Origin: Thermoanaerobaculia bacterium
Lineage (GTDB): Bacteria; Acidobacteriota; Thermoanaerobaculia; UBA5066
DNA length: 64,000 bases
Assembly: GCA_038245905.1 (NCBI GenBank)
Contig: JBBRRY010000001.1
Location: forward strand, 96,001 to 160,000
Direction of reading: 5' to 3'
Shown here: piece after piece, positions 19,096 to 31,504 of the stretch
Layout of the letters: the number at the start of each line of letters is the position of its first letter
How positions within the stretch are numbered: the stretch's first letter is position 1
Notes under the pieces: generated by a model
The model's input: only the letters and a program-made list of their open reading frames with translations
Databases searched by the model: none
What the model was told of the DNA's origin: nothing
Translations under genes and position numbers: made by a program

Positions 19096-21747
19096 ATGAA
19101 ACATGTTCCCGTTGAGGAAGGTGCCTTTCGTGCCTCCGCGGCATGGGGTTCCGGGAGAGCTTCCAACTTGCCTAGGGAAGACGACCAGCAGCCGCTCGAT
19201 CCGGACGTCCGGGAGGCGCTCTTCGAGCTCCAGCGATACCTGTCCGACAGCCTCGCGCCTCTGATGGTTTCCGACGCGATCAATCTCCTCCTCGACTATC
19301 CCGCGGACCTTGCGGCGAACGAGATCCAGTCTTGGATAACCGCGCAATTTCAGAGCGCCAAGCCGGCCGCGGTCTCGGACTACCTCTATCACGCAGTCGA
19401 GAAGATCCACGCGATGGGTCATTACCAGCTCGTCCCGAAGGATTCGCTCCTGCGCTACCTAGAGGAGCTCAAGCCCTTCGTCCTGGCAAGCTGTCCGCCG
19501 ACCGACAGGGCTCTCCTGGAGCAAAACCTCGGTCGCCTCGGAAGGACGGAGAGCACCTTGTCGGCGCCGGTCGAGATCCTGAGGCGGCAAGCAGGCCTCG
19601 CGGGCGGAGAGACCGTGACGGCGAGCCGGGGCGGCGGAGGGATGCCCCATGCGGCTTCCCATCTGCAGGAACTCTCGCTCCTGTTCGAGCGCCTTGGGCC
19701 GCTGCTGGCGGCTGGTAGCTTCCCGGCGTCGGCCGAGGGGGCCGGTCAGGCTCCTCGCGGGGCCCGCGAGGAGCGCGGTAGGGAAGCCATTGTTGCCGCC
19801 GCCGGCGCGGCGCTCGTCGAGGGTGCGGCCACAACCGCTCTTCCGGGAGCCAGCGCGGAAAGGCGGGACGTCCTCCTTTCACAGATTCTCTCCGTGGCCG
19901 CAATGGCCGCGCGCACTGACGGCGAGCTGCGCGCCGCCCTCGACAAGCTTCGAAGTCTCGGGATCGACGTTCCAACCTCCGAGCTGTTTCGCACGCTCGG
20001 GCGATCCGTTCCCCAGTGGCCGGTGTCGTCTCCTTCCGCGCCGCTCGAGCAGGCTCTTTCGAATGCGAAGGGTGCGCCGACGGCGGCGATGCGGCGCATC
20101 GTCACTCTTCCGGACAATCCCGAGGAAATCGGACGCCGATTCAGCGAGATGGTGAACGCGGCTGTCGAGCAGCTCAACCAGGGCTCTCTCTCGCGTTCTT
20201 CCCGCATGTTGGACGCGGCCGAGAAGATCGTCTCCGAGAACCATGTCGAGGCCTCAACGGCCGAGAACGCACGCCGAAGGGCTCAGGAAACCGTGGACCT
20301 CGAGCGCATACGCTCCCTTGGCGAGGACGCGCGGAACCACGAGGCGCTCGGCCGAATCCTGTCGTTCTTTCCCGGCTTGAGCCCAAGCCGGCTCATCGCG
20401 GAACTGCATGGCGAGGAGAAGCGTGAGCGCCGGCGCATGCTGCTCTCCCTCCTCGAGATTCACGGCGCGGAGGCGCGTGCGAGGGCGCTGACCCTGCTGG
20501 AGGAGTCGCGGACGGGGGATCCCGCCCACGACTGGCATTTCAAGCGGAACCTCCTGTACCTCATCCGGCGCATTCCGCGCGCCACACCGGAGCCGACGGA
20601 CACCGAGCTCGACGTGCTCGTGGCCCTTTCCAACCCCGCCCTGCCTCCACCCCTCGTGAAGGAGGCCATCGCGAGTCTCGGAACCGCGCGCCATGAGAAG
20701 GCGGAAGCGGCGCTCGTGACGATCGTCCAGGGACTCGAAGGGATGCTCGCGAAGAAGATCGACGCGCCATTCGACGAGGCCGAGCTGCAGCCTCTCCTCG
20801 ATCGCGCCGTCTCGGCGCTGGCACGTTTCGGAAGCCATACCTCGCGCCGGATGGTCGTGGAGCACGGTCTCAAGCGGAAGGGAGGGCTGGGGGATGCCGG
20901 GGCCCGCCTCGCCGAGCTGTCGGGACAGGATCTCTCTACGGACGCCGACCTCGTCGGCGTCCTGCTCAAGAGCCTGAAGGCGGAGCTTCCATTCAAGGTG
21001 TTCGGCCTCACGCTCAAGAGACGGGACGAAAAAATAGGACCGATCATCGAGGCGCTCTCCTCGACGCCGCTGCCCCAGGTCCGGAGGGCGCTCGAGGAAG
21101 TCGTCGAGCGCCACGCCGGAACCGACTATGCGAAGGCCGCGGCGCGGACGCTGGCGGCGTTCGACGCACCGAAGGCCGACGAGGGCCCGGCCGCGAGCCT
21201 TTCCGGCGATCTCGCGACTTTCGAGCTGCCGTCCCTCCTACAGAGCCTCGCGGCCTCCGAGGTCACGGGGACGCTGACGCTCCGGAACGCACCCGGCGCC
21301 GTCACGGGGCGCCTCCTGATCGAATCCGGCCGGATTCGGTCAGCCGAGACCGGTGCGCTGCGCGGAGACGACGCGGCCTACCAACTCTTCGAGCGCCCCG
21401 GCGGAGGATCGTTCGCGTTCGTGAAGCAGCCGAACCAGCTGCCCCGTGCCGAGGGCGAACCGCCGACCCGAGAGGTCGTGTCGGTCCTGCTCGAGGGCAT
21501 GCGCCGTTACGACGAATTCCAGCGGTTTGCCGCGCTCGTTCCAGACGAAACCATTTTCAAGCAGACCGGTTCGAAACCCACTCCCGAGCCGGAAGAGCCG
21601 GACGCCGCTTTACAGCAGGGCGTCTGGGCGAAGGCCGTGTCGGGACTGAGCGCGCGCGCGATCGAAGCGGCCGTCGTCGCCGACGCGTTTCGGATCCGGA
21701 GGTTGCTCGCCCACTGGGTCGAGGACGGAAGCCTGAAGCCGGCCTGA
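19096..21747 (+). CDS. Large helical (HEAT/ARM-like) protein with a C-terminal DUF4388-like domain
   Basis: 883-aa ORF, Leu/Ala/Glu/Arg-rich and helical. C-terminal LSGDLATFELPSLLQSLAASEVTGTLTL...LLEGMRRYDE resembles DUF4388. The start may be further downstream (TTG at about 19168). Confidence 0.65.
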   Translation: MKHVPVEEGAFRASAAWGSGRASNLPREDDQQPLDPDVREALFELQRYLSDSLAPLMVSDAINLLLDYPADLAANEIQSWITAQFQSAKPAAVSDYLYHAVEKIHAMGHYQLVPKDSLLRYLEELKPFVLASCPPTDRALLEQNLGRLGRTESTLSAPVEILRRQAGLAGGETVTASRGGGGMPHAASHLQELSLLFERLGPLLAAGSFPASAEGAGQAPRGAREERGREAIVAAAGAALVEGAATTALPGASAERRDVLLSQILSVAAMAARTDGELRAALDKLRSLGIDVPTSELFRTLGRSVPQWPVSSPSAPLEQALSNAKGAPTAAMRRIVTLPDNPEEIGRRFSEMVNAAVEQLNQGSLSRSSRMLDAAEKIVSENHVEASTAENARRRAQETVDLERIRSLGEDARNHEALGRILSFFPGLSPSRLIAELHGEEKRERRRMLLSLLEIHGAEARARALTLLEESRTGDPAHDWHFKRNLLYLIRRIPRATPEPTDTELDVLVALSNPALPPPLVKEAIASLGTARHEKAEAALVTIVQGLEGMLAKKIDAPFDEAELQPLLDRAVSALARFGSHTSRRMVVEHGLKRKGGLGDAGARLAELSGQDLSTDADLVGVLLKSLKAELPFKVFGLTLKRRDEKIGPIIEALSSTPLPQVRRALEEVVERHAGTDYAKAAARTLAAFDAPKADEGPAASLSGDLATFELPSLLQSLAASEVTGTLTLRNAPGAVTGRLLIESGRIRSAETGALRGDDAAYQLFERPGGGSFAFVKQPNQLPRAEGEPPTREVVSVLLEGMRRYDEFQRFAALVPDETIFKQTGSKPTPEPEEPDAALQQGVWAKAVSGLSARAIEAAVVADAFRIRRLLAHWVEDGSLKPA

Positions 21748-21757
21748 GAGGCCGGCT
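21737..21757. terminator. Hairpin between convergent genes (possible bidirectional terminator)
   Basis: AGCCGGCCT-GAG-AGGCCGGCT perfect 9-bp inverted repeat spanning the stop at 21747. Confidence 0.4.
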
Positions 21758-21778
21758 CCGGCCTGCGCGTCGTTCCGG

Positions 21779-23785
<2,007 letters not shown>

Positions 23786-23877
23786 GTGCTTTCTCCTTCG
23801 GGGTTTGCGCTGGAAATAAAAGCGCTCCGGGCTCACGCGGAGCGCCGAGCGCCCCGCGGAGCCACGCAGAGATCGAG

Positions 23878-25020
23878 TCAGTAGTAGAAGACCTGGACCT
23901 GAACGGTGTACTGGTTCGTGGTTGCGACGAGAGGGTCGTTCGGGAATTCCTTCCGCGTGAAGCCGGCCTTGATGTTGAAGTTCGAGCCGTACGGGTACCA
24001 GCCGAATCCGACCTGGTAGAAGTTCTTGTTGAGCTTCTGGTTCACGTCGTCCTGGTACTTCTGGAGCTCGTAGCGGAGGAACGGCATGACCTTCAGGCCG
24101 CCGACGAAGACGCCGGCCTCGAGGAAGAGGTCGTCCTGCTTGAAGAGCGCGGCCGTGGGGAAGGTGGCGCCGCCGTCGTAGCGGATGTAGTCGGCCTGCG
24201 CCGTGAGACCGTTCCCCTTGCCGATCGGGTAGTCGAAGAACACGTCCGCGGCATAGGCGGTGTAGTCACCCTGGTTGTCGACGCTCGCGCCGAGGGCGAG
24301 GATCTTCTTCTTGCCGAAATACGTGCCGGGGTAGAACTGGACCTTTTCCACGTCGAAGACGTTGTACTGGGCCCGGGCTGTGAAGCGGAAAGAGTTCTTG
24401 ACGCCGGGGGCGCGGAAGCCCGAATAGACGCCCGCGCGGTATTCGAGGTGGTCGCCCGCGAGATAGCCCTTGGCCTGGAACCCCGTATCGCGCCCGACGG
24501 AGGACTGCGTGGAGGCGCTTTCCTGGAACGACCACGTCCCGTAGTCCATCGAAACCAGGTTCACCGCGCTCGAGTTGCAGTTGCGGCAGAGGGGAATGAG
24601 GATGAGGCCGCCCTGGATCCGGAACTCGTTTGCGACCGCCCATTCCATATAGGCATCCTGAACGATGAAGCCGGTCGCAGGCGCCTTGATGCCTGTCGTC
24701 CCGCTCGTGGCTGTCTGGGTCGACTTCCCGAGATTCGGGTTGTCGGTCATGAAGAAAAACGTGACGTCTTTCGCGACTTGTCCCCCGAGGAAGAACCTGG
24801 CCCGGCGCAGGAACAGGTTCTCCTGGAACCCGGCCGTGCTCCCCGCGGCGTCCGACTGGCCGTTCCAGTCCGCCCAGCCCTGCAGCAGGATGCCGAGCCG
24901 GAAGTTGACGGTGTCGTTCACCTTGATGATGGCCTGGGCATTCGCGATTCCCGGCAGGAGCGCGATGAGCAGGGCAAGGGAAACGAGAACGAAGCGATTC
25001 ACACTGATCCTTGAACGCAC
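23878..25020 (-). CDS. Outer-membrane porin (OprO/OprP-like beta-barrel)
   Basis: Signal peptide, FLRRARF motif, GRDTG, alternating beta-strands, aromatic C-terminus (QVFYY). GGAGG RBS before GTG 25020. Confidence 0.75.
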   Translation of the reverse strand: MRSRISVNRFVLVSLALLIALLPGIANAQAIIKVNDTVNFRLGILLQGWADWNGQSDAAGSTAGFQENLFLRRARFFLGGQVAKDVTFFFMTDNPNLGKSTQTATSGTTGIKAPATGFIVQDAYMEWAVANEFRIQGGLILIPLCRNCNSSAVNLVSMDYGTWSFQESASTQSSVGRDTGFQAKGYLAGDHLEYRAGVYSGFRAPGVKNSFRFTARAQYNVFDVEKVQFYPGTYFGKKKILALGASVDNQGDYTAYAADVFFDYPIGKGNGLTAQADYIRYDGGATFPTAALFKQDDLFLEAGVFVGGLKVMPFLRYELQKYQDDVNQKLNKNFYQVGFGWYPYGSNFNIKAGFTRKEFPNDPLVATTNQYTVQVQVFYY

Positions 25021-25357
25021 ACCATCCTCCTTCACGTCAGCACGCCAATGAGCGGCACGACCGGAGCGCATCTATGCGAAAACGATAGACATGAGGTGGA
25101 TTCCACGTCAACAGGAATCTTCTGCCGGGCGCTGATGCATTTGCGTTAACGCCGGCTTCTGGTTTTCGCTTGACTTGGGGCGAGAGTCTGAAAGACTTTC
25201 GCCAAGTTTTGCTTCGACTGAAGTCACGTTCCGGAGTCTGCTCCGCGCGAGGGTGCGGCGGCGCCTCAGCCTTCCCGAAGGCTCGTGCCGTCCGTCACAC
25301 GACACGGGGTGTTCTCCGTGCTCAAACGGCCGAAAGGCCACAGGATGGAGGGAATCG

Positions 25358-26974
25358 ATGAGTACTGCGGCACCCGCGGAAACCGGCGAACGGTCCATCT
25401 CCCCGGCCGAGGAACGGCGCGTCATCATCGCGTCGTCGGTCGGAACGGTCTTCGAGTGGTACGACTTTTACCTCTACGCGATCCTCGCGCCGTTCTTCGC
25501 CGCGCTGTTCTTCCCGCCCGGCAACCAGACCGCGGCGCTTCTGGGCGCGTTCGGCGCCTACGCGGCCGGGTTTCTCGTGCGGCCGTTCGGCGCCCTGATC
25601 TTCGGGCGCGTCGGCGACCTCGTCGGACGCAAGTACACGTTCCTCGTGACGATCGTCGTCATGGGTCTCTCGACGGTTTTCGTCGGTTTCCTGCCGACGT
25701 ACAAGTCGATCGGCTTCATGGCGGCCGTCCTCCTCGTGCTTCTCAGGCTCGCGCAGGGTCTCGCTCTCGGCGGTGAATATGGCGGCGCGGCGACGTACGT
25801 GGCCGAGCACGCGTCGGACTCGAAGCGCGGGTACGCGACCTCATGGATTCAGACGACCGCGACGGTCGGCATGCTCGCGTCGCTCATCATCATCCTCCTT
25901 TGCCGCGTCAACATGTCCGCGGACGCGTTCAAGAGCTGGGGCTGGCGCATTCCCTTCTGGCTCTCGATCCCGCTCCTCATCATCTCGATCTACATCCGCG
26001 TCAAGCTCAAGGAATCACCCATCTTCACGCGCATGAAGACGGCGGGGAAGCGCTCCACGTCGCCCCTCAAGGACAGCTTCCTCAAGTATCCCAACAACAA
26101 GTACGTGGCACTGGCGCTCTTCGGCGCGACCGCGGGCCAGGGAGTCGTCTGGTACACGGGCCAGTTTTACGCCCTGTTCTTCATCCTGATCTACCTCAAG
26201 CTCGACTTCGTGCCGACGTATCTCCTGATCGGCCTGTCGCTCCTGATCGGGACGCCGTTCTTCCTCGTGTTCGGAGCGCTCTCCGACAGGATCGGACGCA
26301 AGAAGATCATTCTCGCGGGCTGTCTGATCGCAGCGCTCACGTATTTCCCGCTCTTCAAGGGGCTGACGCACTACATCAACCCCGACCTCGAGGCCTACCA
26401 GCAGAACACGAAGATCACGGTCTCGGCGACGGCGTGCAACTTCCACATCTTCGTGATGCCGACCACGGTGTTCACGCCCTGTGACAAAGTGAAAGACTTC
26501 CTGGGTAAAGGCGGCCTGTCCTTCGAGTCGTTGCCCGCCGAAAGCGGCAAGGACGTCGTCACGAACATCGGGAGCATCCGCATCGAAGGCTGGGACCAGG
26601 CGAAGTTCACCGAGGCCCTCAAGACGACCGGCTATCCGGTGAAGGCCGACCCCGCCAAGGTCAACTGGTTCATGGCGGAGTTGATCCTCGTCATCATGGT
26701 CATCTACGTGACGATGGTCTACGGCCCGATCGCCGCGTTCCTCGTCGAGCTCTTCCCGGCGAGCATCCGATACACCTCGATGTCGCTGCCATACCACATC
26801 GGCAACGGGTGGTTCGGAGGAATGCTGCCGCTCCTCGCGACGGCGATGGTCGCCGCCGCGGGCAACATCTACCAGGGCCTCTGGTATCCGATCATCGTCG
26901 CGGCGATCACCTTCGTCATCGGAGGCCTGTTCCTCCGCGAGACGAAGGACGTCAAGATTCACGACGAGTTCTGA
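25358..26974 (+). CDS. MFS transporter, metabolite:H+ symporter (MHS) family
   Basis: ASSVGTVFEWYDF, RPFGA..FGRVGDLVGRK, QGLALGGEYGGA and ELFPASIRYT motifs; GGAGG RBS before ATG 25358. Confidence 0.92.
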   Translation: MSTAAPAETGERSISPAEERRVIIASSVGTVFEWYDFYLYAILAPFFAALFFPPGNQTAALLGAFGAYAAGFLVRPFGALIFGRVGDLVGRKYTFLVTIVVMGLSTVFVGFLPTYKSIGFMAAVLLVLLRLAQGLALGGEYGGAATYVAEHASDSKRGYATSWIQTTATVGMLASLIIILLCRVNMSADAFKSWGWRIPFWLSIPLLIISIYIRVKLKESPIFTRMKTAGKRSTSPLKDSFLKYPNNKYVALALFGATAGQGVVWYTGQFYALFFILIYLKLDFVPTYLLIGLSLLIGTPFFLVFGALSDRIGRKKIILAGCLIAALTYFPLFKGLTHYINPDLEAYQQNTKITVSATACNFHIFVMPTTVFTPCDKVKDFLGKGGLSFESLPAESGKDVVTNIGSIRIEGWDQAKFTEALKTTGYPVKADPAKVNWFMAELILVIMVIYVTMVYGPIAAFLVELFPASIRYTSMSLPYHIGNGWFGGMLPLLATAMVAAAGNIYQGLWYPIIVAAITFVIGGLFLRETKDVKIHDEF

Positions 26975-26996
26975 TCGACAACTCTTGTCGACCACC

Positions 26997-27031
26997 GGGG
27001 GCCGGGCGGAACTTCCGCCCGGCCCCTTTTT
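26997..27031 (+). terminator. Rho-independent terminator after the MFS gene
   Basis: GGGGCCGGGCGGAA-C-TTCCGCCCGGCCCC followed by TTTTT. Confidence 0.85.
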
Positions 27032-27064
27032 CCTGTCGAGATCTCGTTCGCTAGACTCGCAGGG

Positions 27065-28270
27065 ATGAACTGGGGATTGCCGCTCGTTCGCCCGGTTAGC
27101 GCGCTTCAGCAGTTCCTGAAGACCGAGGCCGCATCGGGTGTCCTGCTCCTGGCGGCCGCGGTCGCCGCGATCGCCCTCGCGAACTCTCCGGCCCGGAACG
27201 CCTACGCGCACGCGACACACCTGCCGATCCGTCTTGGGTCCGGCGCGTTCGGCGTCGACACGACCCTCACGCACGCGATCAACGACGCGCTCATGGCGGT
27301 GTTCTTCCTCGTCGTCGGCCTCGAGGTCAAGCGCGAGTTTCTGACGGGCGAGCTCTCCGGAAAGGGCGCCGCGATCCTCCCCGTGGCCGCGGCTTTCGGC
27401 GGCGCTGCCGTGCCTGCTCTCCTCTACGCGTTCCTCAATGCGGGGACACCGGCCATGCACGGATGGGGGATTCCGATGGCAACCGACATCGCCTTCGCGG
27501 TCGGCGTTCTCGGGCTTGTCGGCCGGTACGTCGCGCCGGTGTTCAAGGTCTTCCTGACGGCCGTCGCCGTCGTGGACGACCTCATCGCCGTCCTCGTGAT
27601 CGCGTTCTTCTACACGGCGGGCCTCGACCTCACGGCCCTGGCGGGCGTCGCGGTCGCTCTCGCGGTCCTCATCGCCCTCAACCGGGCGGGCGTCGACGCC
27701 CTCACCCCGTACCTCCTCGTCGGCGTCGTCCTGTGGGCCGCTATGGCGAAGTCGGGAGTCCACGCGACGATCGCGGGCGTCCTCCTCGGGATGTGCATCC
27801 CGGCGACGGGCACGGCAACATCGCCGCTCCGCCGCCTCGAGCATACCCTCCATCCGTGGGTCGCTTTTGGGGTCATGCCGGTCTTCGCGCTCGCGAACGC
27901 GGGCGTCTCGGTCGCACCCGGGCAGATCGGGAAGGTTCTCGCGTCCCCGATCGCACTCGGGATCATTCTCGGGCTGTTCGCCGGCAAGCAGATCGGGATC
28001 TTCGGAACGACCTTTCTTCTTGCGCGCGCCGGCGTCGGGAGCCTCCCGGTCGACAAGCGGGCGCGGCGCTCCCTCTGGGGCGTTGCCCTCCTCGGCGGGA
28101 TCGGCTTCACGATGTCGCTCTTCGTGAGCGGCCTGGCGTTCACGGACGAGGCCATGACGGACGTCTCGAAGGCCGCGATCGTCGCGGGCTCGCTGATATC
28201 GGGTCTCGCCGGGGCGGCGGTTCTCGCAAGCGTTCCGGCCCCGGTGGCGGGAGACGATTCCGCCGGTTAG
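27065..28270 (+). CDS. nhaA: Na+/H+ antiporter NhaA
   Basis: [46 protein letters not shown] and GIGFTMSLF motifs. Confidence 0.95.
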   Translation: MNWGLPLVRPVSALQQFLKTEAASGVLLLAAAVAAIALANSPARNAYAHATHLPIRLGSGAFGVDTTLTHAINDALMAVFFLVVGLEVKREFLTGELSGKGAAILPVAAAFGGAAVPALLYAFLNAGTPAMHGWGIPMATDIAFAVGVLGLVGRYVAPVFKVFLTAVAVVDDLIAVLVIAFFYTAGLDLTALAGVAVALAVLIALNRAGVDALTPYLLVGVVLWAAMAKSGVHATIAGVLLGMCIPATGTATSPLRRLEHTLHPWVAFGVMPVFALANAGVSVAPGQIGKVLASPIALGIILGLFAGKQIGIFGTTFLLARAGVGSLPVDKRARRSLWGVALLGGIGFTMSLFVSGLAFTDEAMTDVSKAAIVAGSLISGLAGAAVLASVPAPVAGDDSAG

Positions 28271-28284
28271 ACTCCCGGCGCGCG

Positions 28285-28683
28285 ATGGCGATCTTCGGAA
28301 AGAGAGGCGGTCCGGCGCCCGAAGGCTTCGGAGAGCCCGCTTCCCGGTCCTCCTTGATCGGCTCCAGGATCCGCATCCGGGGAGAGCTGCTGGGAGACGA
28401 GGACGTCCTCGTGGAAGGGCGCGTGGAGGGCCGTGTCGAGGTCTCGAAGGCCTTCCGGGTCGGTCCCGGCGGCGTCGTCGTGGCCGAGGTGGCCGCGGGC
28501 ACCGTGGCCATCGCAGGACACGTCGTCGGGAACGTGCGTGCCGCCGAACGCGTCGAGCTCCTTCCCACCGGAACCCTCGAAGGCAACATTCACGCTCCCC
28601 GCATCGTTATCGGCGAGGGGGCCCGATTCACGGGGCGCATCGACATGAGCGGCCGGACGGAGACTCTGCCGCCGTCCCGCTGA
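28285..28683 (+). CDS. Bactofilin (polymer-forming cytoskeletal protein, CcmA family)
   Basis: SLIG...IRGEL...[10 protein letters not shown]...[15 protein letters not shown]...[17 protein letters not shown] beta-helix pattern. Confidence 0.88.
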   Translation: MAIFGKRGGPAPEGFGEPASRSSLIGSRIRIRGELLGDEDVLVEGRVEGRVEVSKAFRVGPGGVVVAEVAAGTVAIAGHVVGNVRAAERVELLPTGTLEGNIHAPRIVIGEGARFTGRIDMSGRTETLPPSR

Positions 28684-28709
28684 CCCGCAAGCGAAAGGAA
28701 AGCATCACC

Positions 28710-30242
28710 ATGGCCACCTCCGTACCCGTTCATGGAAACTGGATCGCCGGAAAAGTCGTTCCCGCCCGCTCGGGCCGATCGTTCGAAAACCGCAACCCCG
28801 CGGACGTCACGGATCTCATCGGTCGCTTCGCCGACTCGGACGAGCGCGACGCGAAGGATGCCGTCGACGTCGCGGCCGAAGCGTTCAAGTCCTGGCGCCT
28901 GGTGCCGGGTCCGCAGCGGGGAGAAATTCTCTACCGCCTGGGCGAGATCCTGCGCGACCGTAAAGAGCAGTACGCCCGCGACATGACGCGGGAGATGGGG
29001 AAGGTGCTCAAGGAGGCCCGCGGAGACGTCCAGGAAGCCATCGACATGGCGTTCCTGATGGGTGGCGAGGGCCGGCGCCTGCACGGACAGACGACTCCGT
29101 CGGAGCTGCCGAACAAGTTCGCGATGTCGGTGCGGTCGCCCATCGGCGTGTGCGCGTTCATCACTCCCTGGAACTTCCCGATGGCCATTCCGGCCTGGAA
29201 GACGACGGCCGCCCTCGTGTGCGGGAACACCGTGGTCATCAAGCCCGCCACGGACACGCCGCTCTCGGTCGTGAATTTCGCGCGCGCTCTCGAGGACGCG
29301 GGCCTTCCCCACGGCGTCTTCAACATGGTCACCGGCAGCGGCTCGAAGGTGGGGATGCCGCTCCTCAAGGACCCGCGCGTGAAGGTCGTGTCTTTCACCG
29401 GCTCGACGTCGGTGGGGCAGACGATCAACGAGGCGTGCGCCCCCACTTTCAAGCACGTCCACCTCGAGATGGGCGGCAAGAACCCGATCATCGTGATGGA
29501 CGACGCGAACATCGAGCTCGCCGTCGACGGGTCGATCTGGGGCGCTTTCGGAACGAGCGGCCAGCGCTGCACGGCGTCCTCCCGGCTCCTCGTGCACAAG
29601 AAGGTCGTCCGGAAGTTCACGGCGATGCTCGCCGAACGTGCGAACGCCCTCCGGGTTGGCAGCGGGCTCGACGAAAAGAACGAAATGGGGCCCTCCATCA
29701 ACGAGAGCCAGCTCGACACGGTCCTGGACTACATCTCGATCGGCAAGGCCGAAGGTGCGAAGTGCGTCGCCGGCGGCCGGCGCCTCGCGGGCAAGCCCCA
29801 CGAGAGGGGGTGGTTCGTGGCGCCCACGGTCTTTGCCGACTGCCACCGCACGATGCGCGTGGCGCGCGAGGAGATCTTCGGTCCCGTCACGTCCATCGTT
29901 CCGATCTCGTCTCTGGAAGAAGCCGTCGACGTCGCGAACGACAGCGAGTACGGCCTTTCGTCGGCGATCTTCACGCAGGACGTGAACAAGGCTTTCGTTG
30001 CGATGCGGGATCTCGAAGCCGGCATCTTCTACGTCAATCTCCCCACGATCGGCGCCGAGACTCATCTGCCGTTCGGCGGCACCAAGAAGACGGGAAACGG
30101 GCATCGCGAGGCGGGGCTCGCCGCGCTGGACGTTTTCAGCGAGTGGAAGTCTATTTACGTCGACTACTCGGGCACGATCCAGAAGGCCCAGATCGACGTG
30201 CCAGCTGGCCAGGCCGCCCGACCTTCTAAAAAGAGGACGTGA
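28710..30242 (+). CDS. Aldehyde dehydrogenase family protein
   Basis: [30 protein letters not shown] and EEIFGPV motifs. Confidence 0.93.
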   Translation: MATSVPVHGNWIAGKVVPARSGRSFENRNPADVTDLIGRFADSDERDAKDAVDVAAEAFKSWRLVPGPQRGEILYRLGEILRDRKEQYARDMTREMGKVLKEARGDVQEAIDMAFLMGGEGRRLHGQTTPSELPNKFAMSVRSPIGVCAFITPWNFPMAIPAWKTTAALVCGNTVVIKPATDTPLSVVNFARALEDAGLPHGVFNMVTGSGSKVGMPLLKDPRVKVVSFTGSTSVGQTINEACAPTFKHVHLEMGGKNPIIVMDDANIELAVDGSIWGAFGTSGQRCTASSRLLVHKKVVRKFTAMLAERANALRVGSGLDEKNEMGPSINESQLDTVLDYISIGKAEGAKCVAGGRRLAGKPHERGWFVAPTVFADCHRTMRVAREEIFGPVTSIVPISSLEEAVDVANDSEYGLSSAIFTQDVNKAFVAMRDLEAGIFYVNLPTIGAETHLPFGGTKKTGNGHREAGLAALDVFSEWKSIYVDYSGTIQKAQIDVPAGQAARPSKKRT

Positions 30243-31477
30243 CAGGGCTGGAGCGGATGGGCTCGTCCGTTCTCTGGCTCCTGCCTTTCGTCGGTCTCGT
30301 CCTCTCGATCGCGGTCCTGCCGCTCGTCGTCCCTGGGCGTTGGAGCCAGCCCGGCTTTCAGGCGATCGTGGTCTGTCTCGCGGCTTTGCCCGTCGTCGCG
30401 GTGCGGCCGCAAGTCCTCAGCCATGTCGCGCACGAGTACGTCGCGTTCGTCATGCTCCTCGGCTCGCTCTACGTCGTCGCCTCGGGCATCCGCGTCACGG
30501 GCGACGTCCCCGCGCAGCCCGCGACGAATACCTGGCTCCTCCTTCTTGGCGGAGTTCTGGCGTCGATCATCGGGACGACCGGAGCCTCGATCCTTCTCAT
30601 CGGATTCGTCCTCGAGGTCAATTCCGAGCGGAAGAACGTGTCGCACACGGTGCTCTTCTTCATCCTCGTGGTCTCCAACGTGGGCGGCTGTCTCACCCCG
30701 CTCGGCGATCCGCCGCTCTTCCTCGGATACCTCGCCGGCGTACCCTTCTTCTGGACGCTGCGCCTCGTCGAGGAGTGGGCCGTGGCGATGGGCCTCCTCC
30801 TCGGCGTCTACTACCTGGTCGAGCGGCGCGAGCACGCGCGAGAGTCTCCCACGGCGCTCCACGACGACGAGACGACGCTCCGCCCGATCCGCGTGACGGG
30901 CCGGTGGAACTTTCTGCTGCTCGCCGGCGTCGTCGGCGCCACGGCATTCCTCGGCTCGCCTTTCCGCGAGGCCGTCTACCTCGCGTGCGCGGCCGCCAGT
31001 TTTCCTCTGACGCCCCGGGGGCAGAGGAAGGAGGTCGGTTTCTCGTGGCACCCCATCGCCGAGGTGGCGATTCTCTTCGCGGGCATCTTCGTGGCGATGG
31101 AGCCGGCGCTCGTCGTGCTTCGCGAGAGGGCGCCGACGCTAGGCCTCACGCGTCCGTGGCATTTTTTCTGGGTGGCGGGGTCGCTCTCCGCGTGGCTCGA
31201 CAACGCACCCACGTACGCCGCGTTCTTGGCGGTCGCACGCGGCCTGGGCCGGCCGGAAGTGGCGGGCGTCCCGGCGAAGATCCTGGAGGCGATTTCTGTA
31301 GGGGCCGTCTTCTTCGGCGCGATGACGTACATCGGGAACGGCCCCAATTTCCTCGTCCGCTCCATCGCGGTCTCTCGCGGCGTGGCGATGCCATCGTTCT
31401 TCGGTTATGCAGCACGCGCCGCGGCCGTCCTTCTGCCGCTGTTCCTGCTTCTTACGCTAATTTTCTTTCGGGGCTGA
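30239..31477 (+). CDS. IT-superfamily secondary transporter (putative Na+:H+ antiporter / citrate transporter)
   Basis: [32 protein letters not shown] and [12 protein letters not shown] motifs. Confidence 0.82.
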   Translation: MTGLERMGSSVLWLLPFVGLVLSIAVLPLVVPGRWSQPGFQAIVVCLAALPVVAVRPQVLSHVAHEYVAFVMLLGSLYVVASGIRVTGDVPAQPATNTWLLLLGGVLASIIGTTGASILLIGFVLEVNSERKNVSHTVLFFILVVSNVGGCLTPLGDPPLFLGYLAGVPFFWTLRLVEEWAVAMGLLLGVYYLVERREHARESPTALHDDETTLRPIRVTGRWNFLLLAGVVGATAFLGSPFREAVYLACAAASFPLTPRGQRKEVGFSWHPIAEVAILFAGIFVAMEPALVVLRERAPTLGLTRPWHFFWVAGSLSAWLDNAPTYAAFLAVARGLGRPEVAGVPAKILEAISVGAVFFGAMTYIGNGPNFLVRSIAVSRGVAMPSFFGYAARAAAVLLPLFLLLTLIFFRG

Positions 31478-31504
31478 GAAGTCGCACGGCGGCGCACCGG
31501 GGTC

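Noticed and set aside
25318-25345. c-di-GMP-I riboswitch (CAAAC-GGCC-GAAA-GGCC)
   Set aside because: Lacks the following GACGCAAAG receptor segment and the second stem; kept only as part of an unassigned structured leader.
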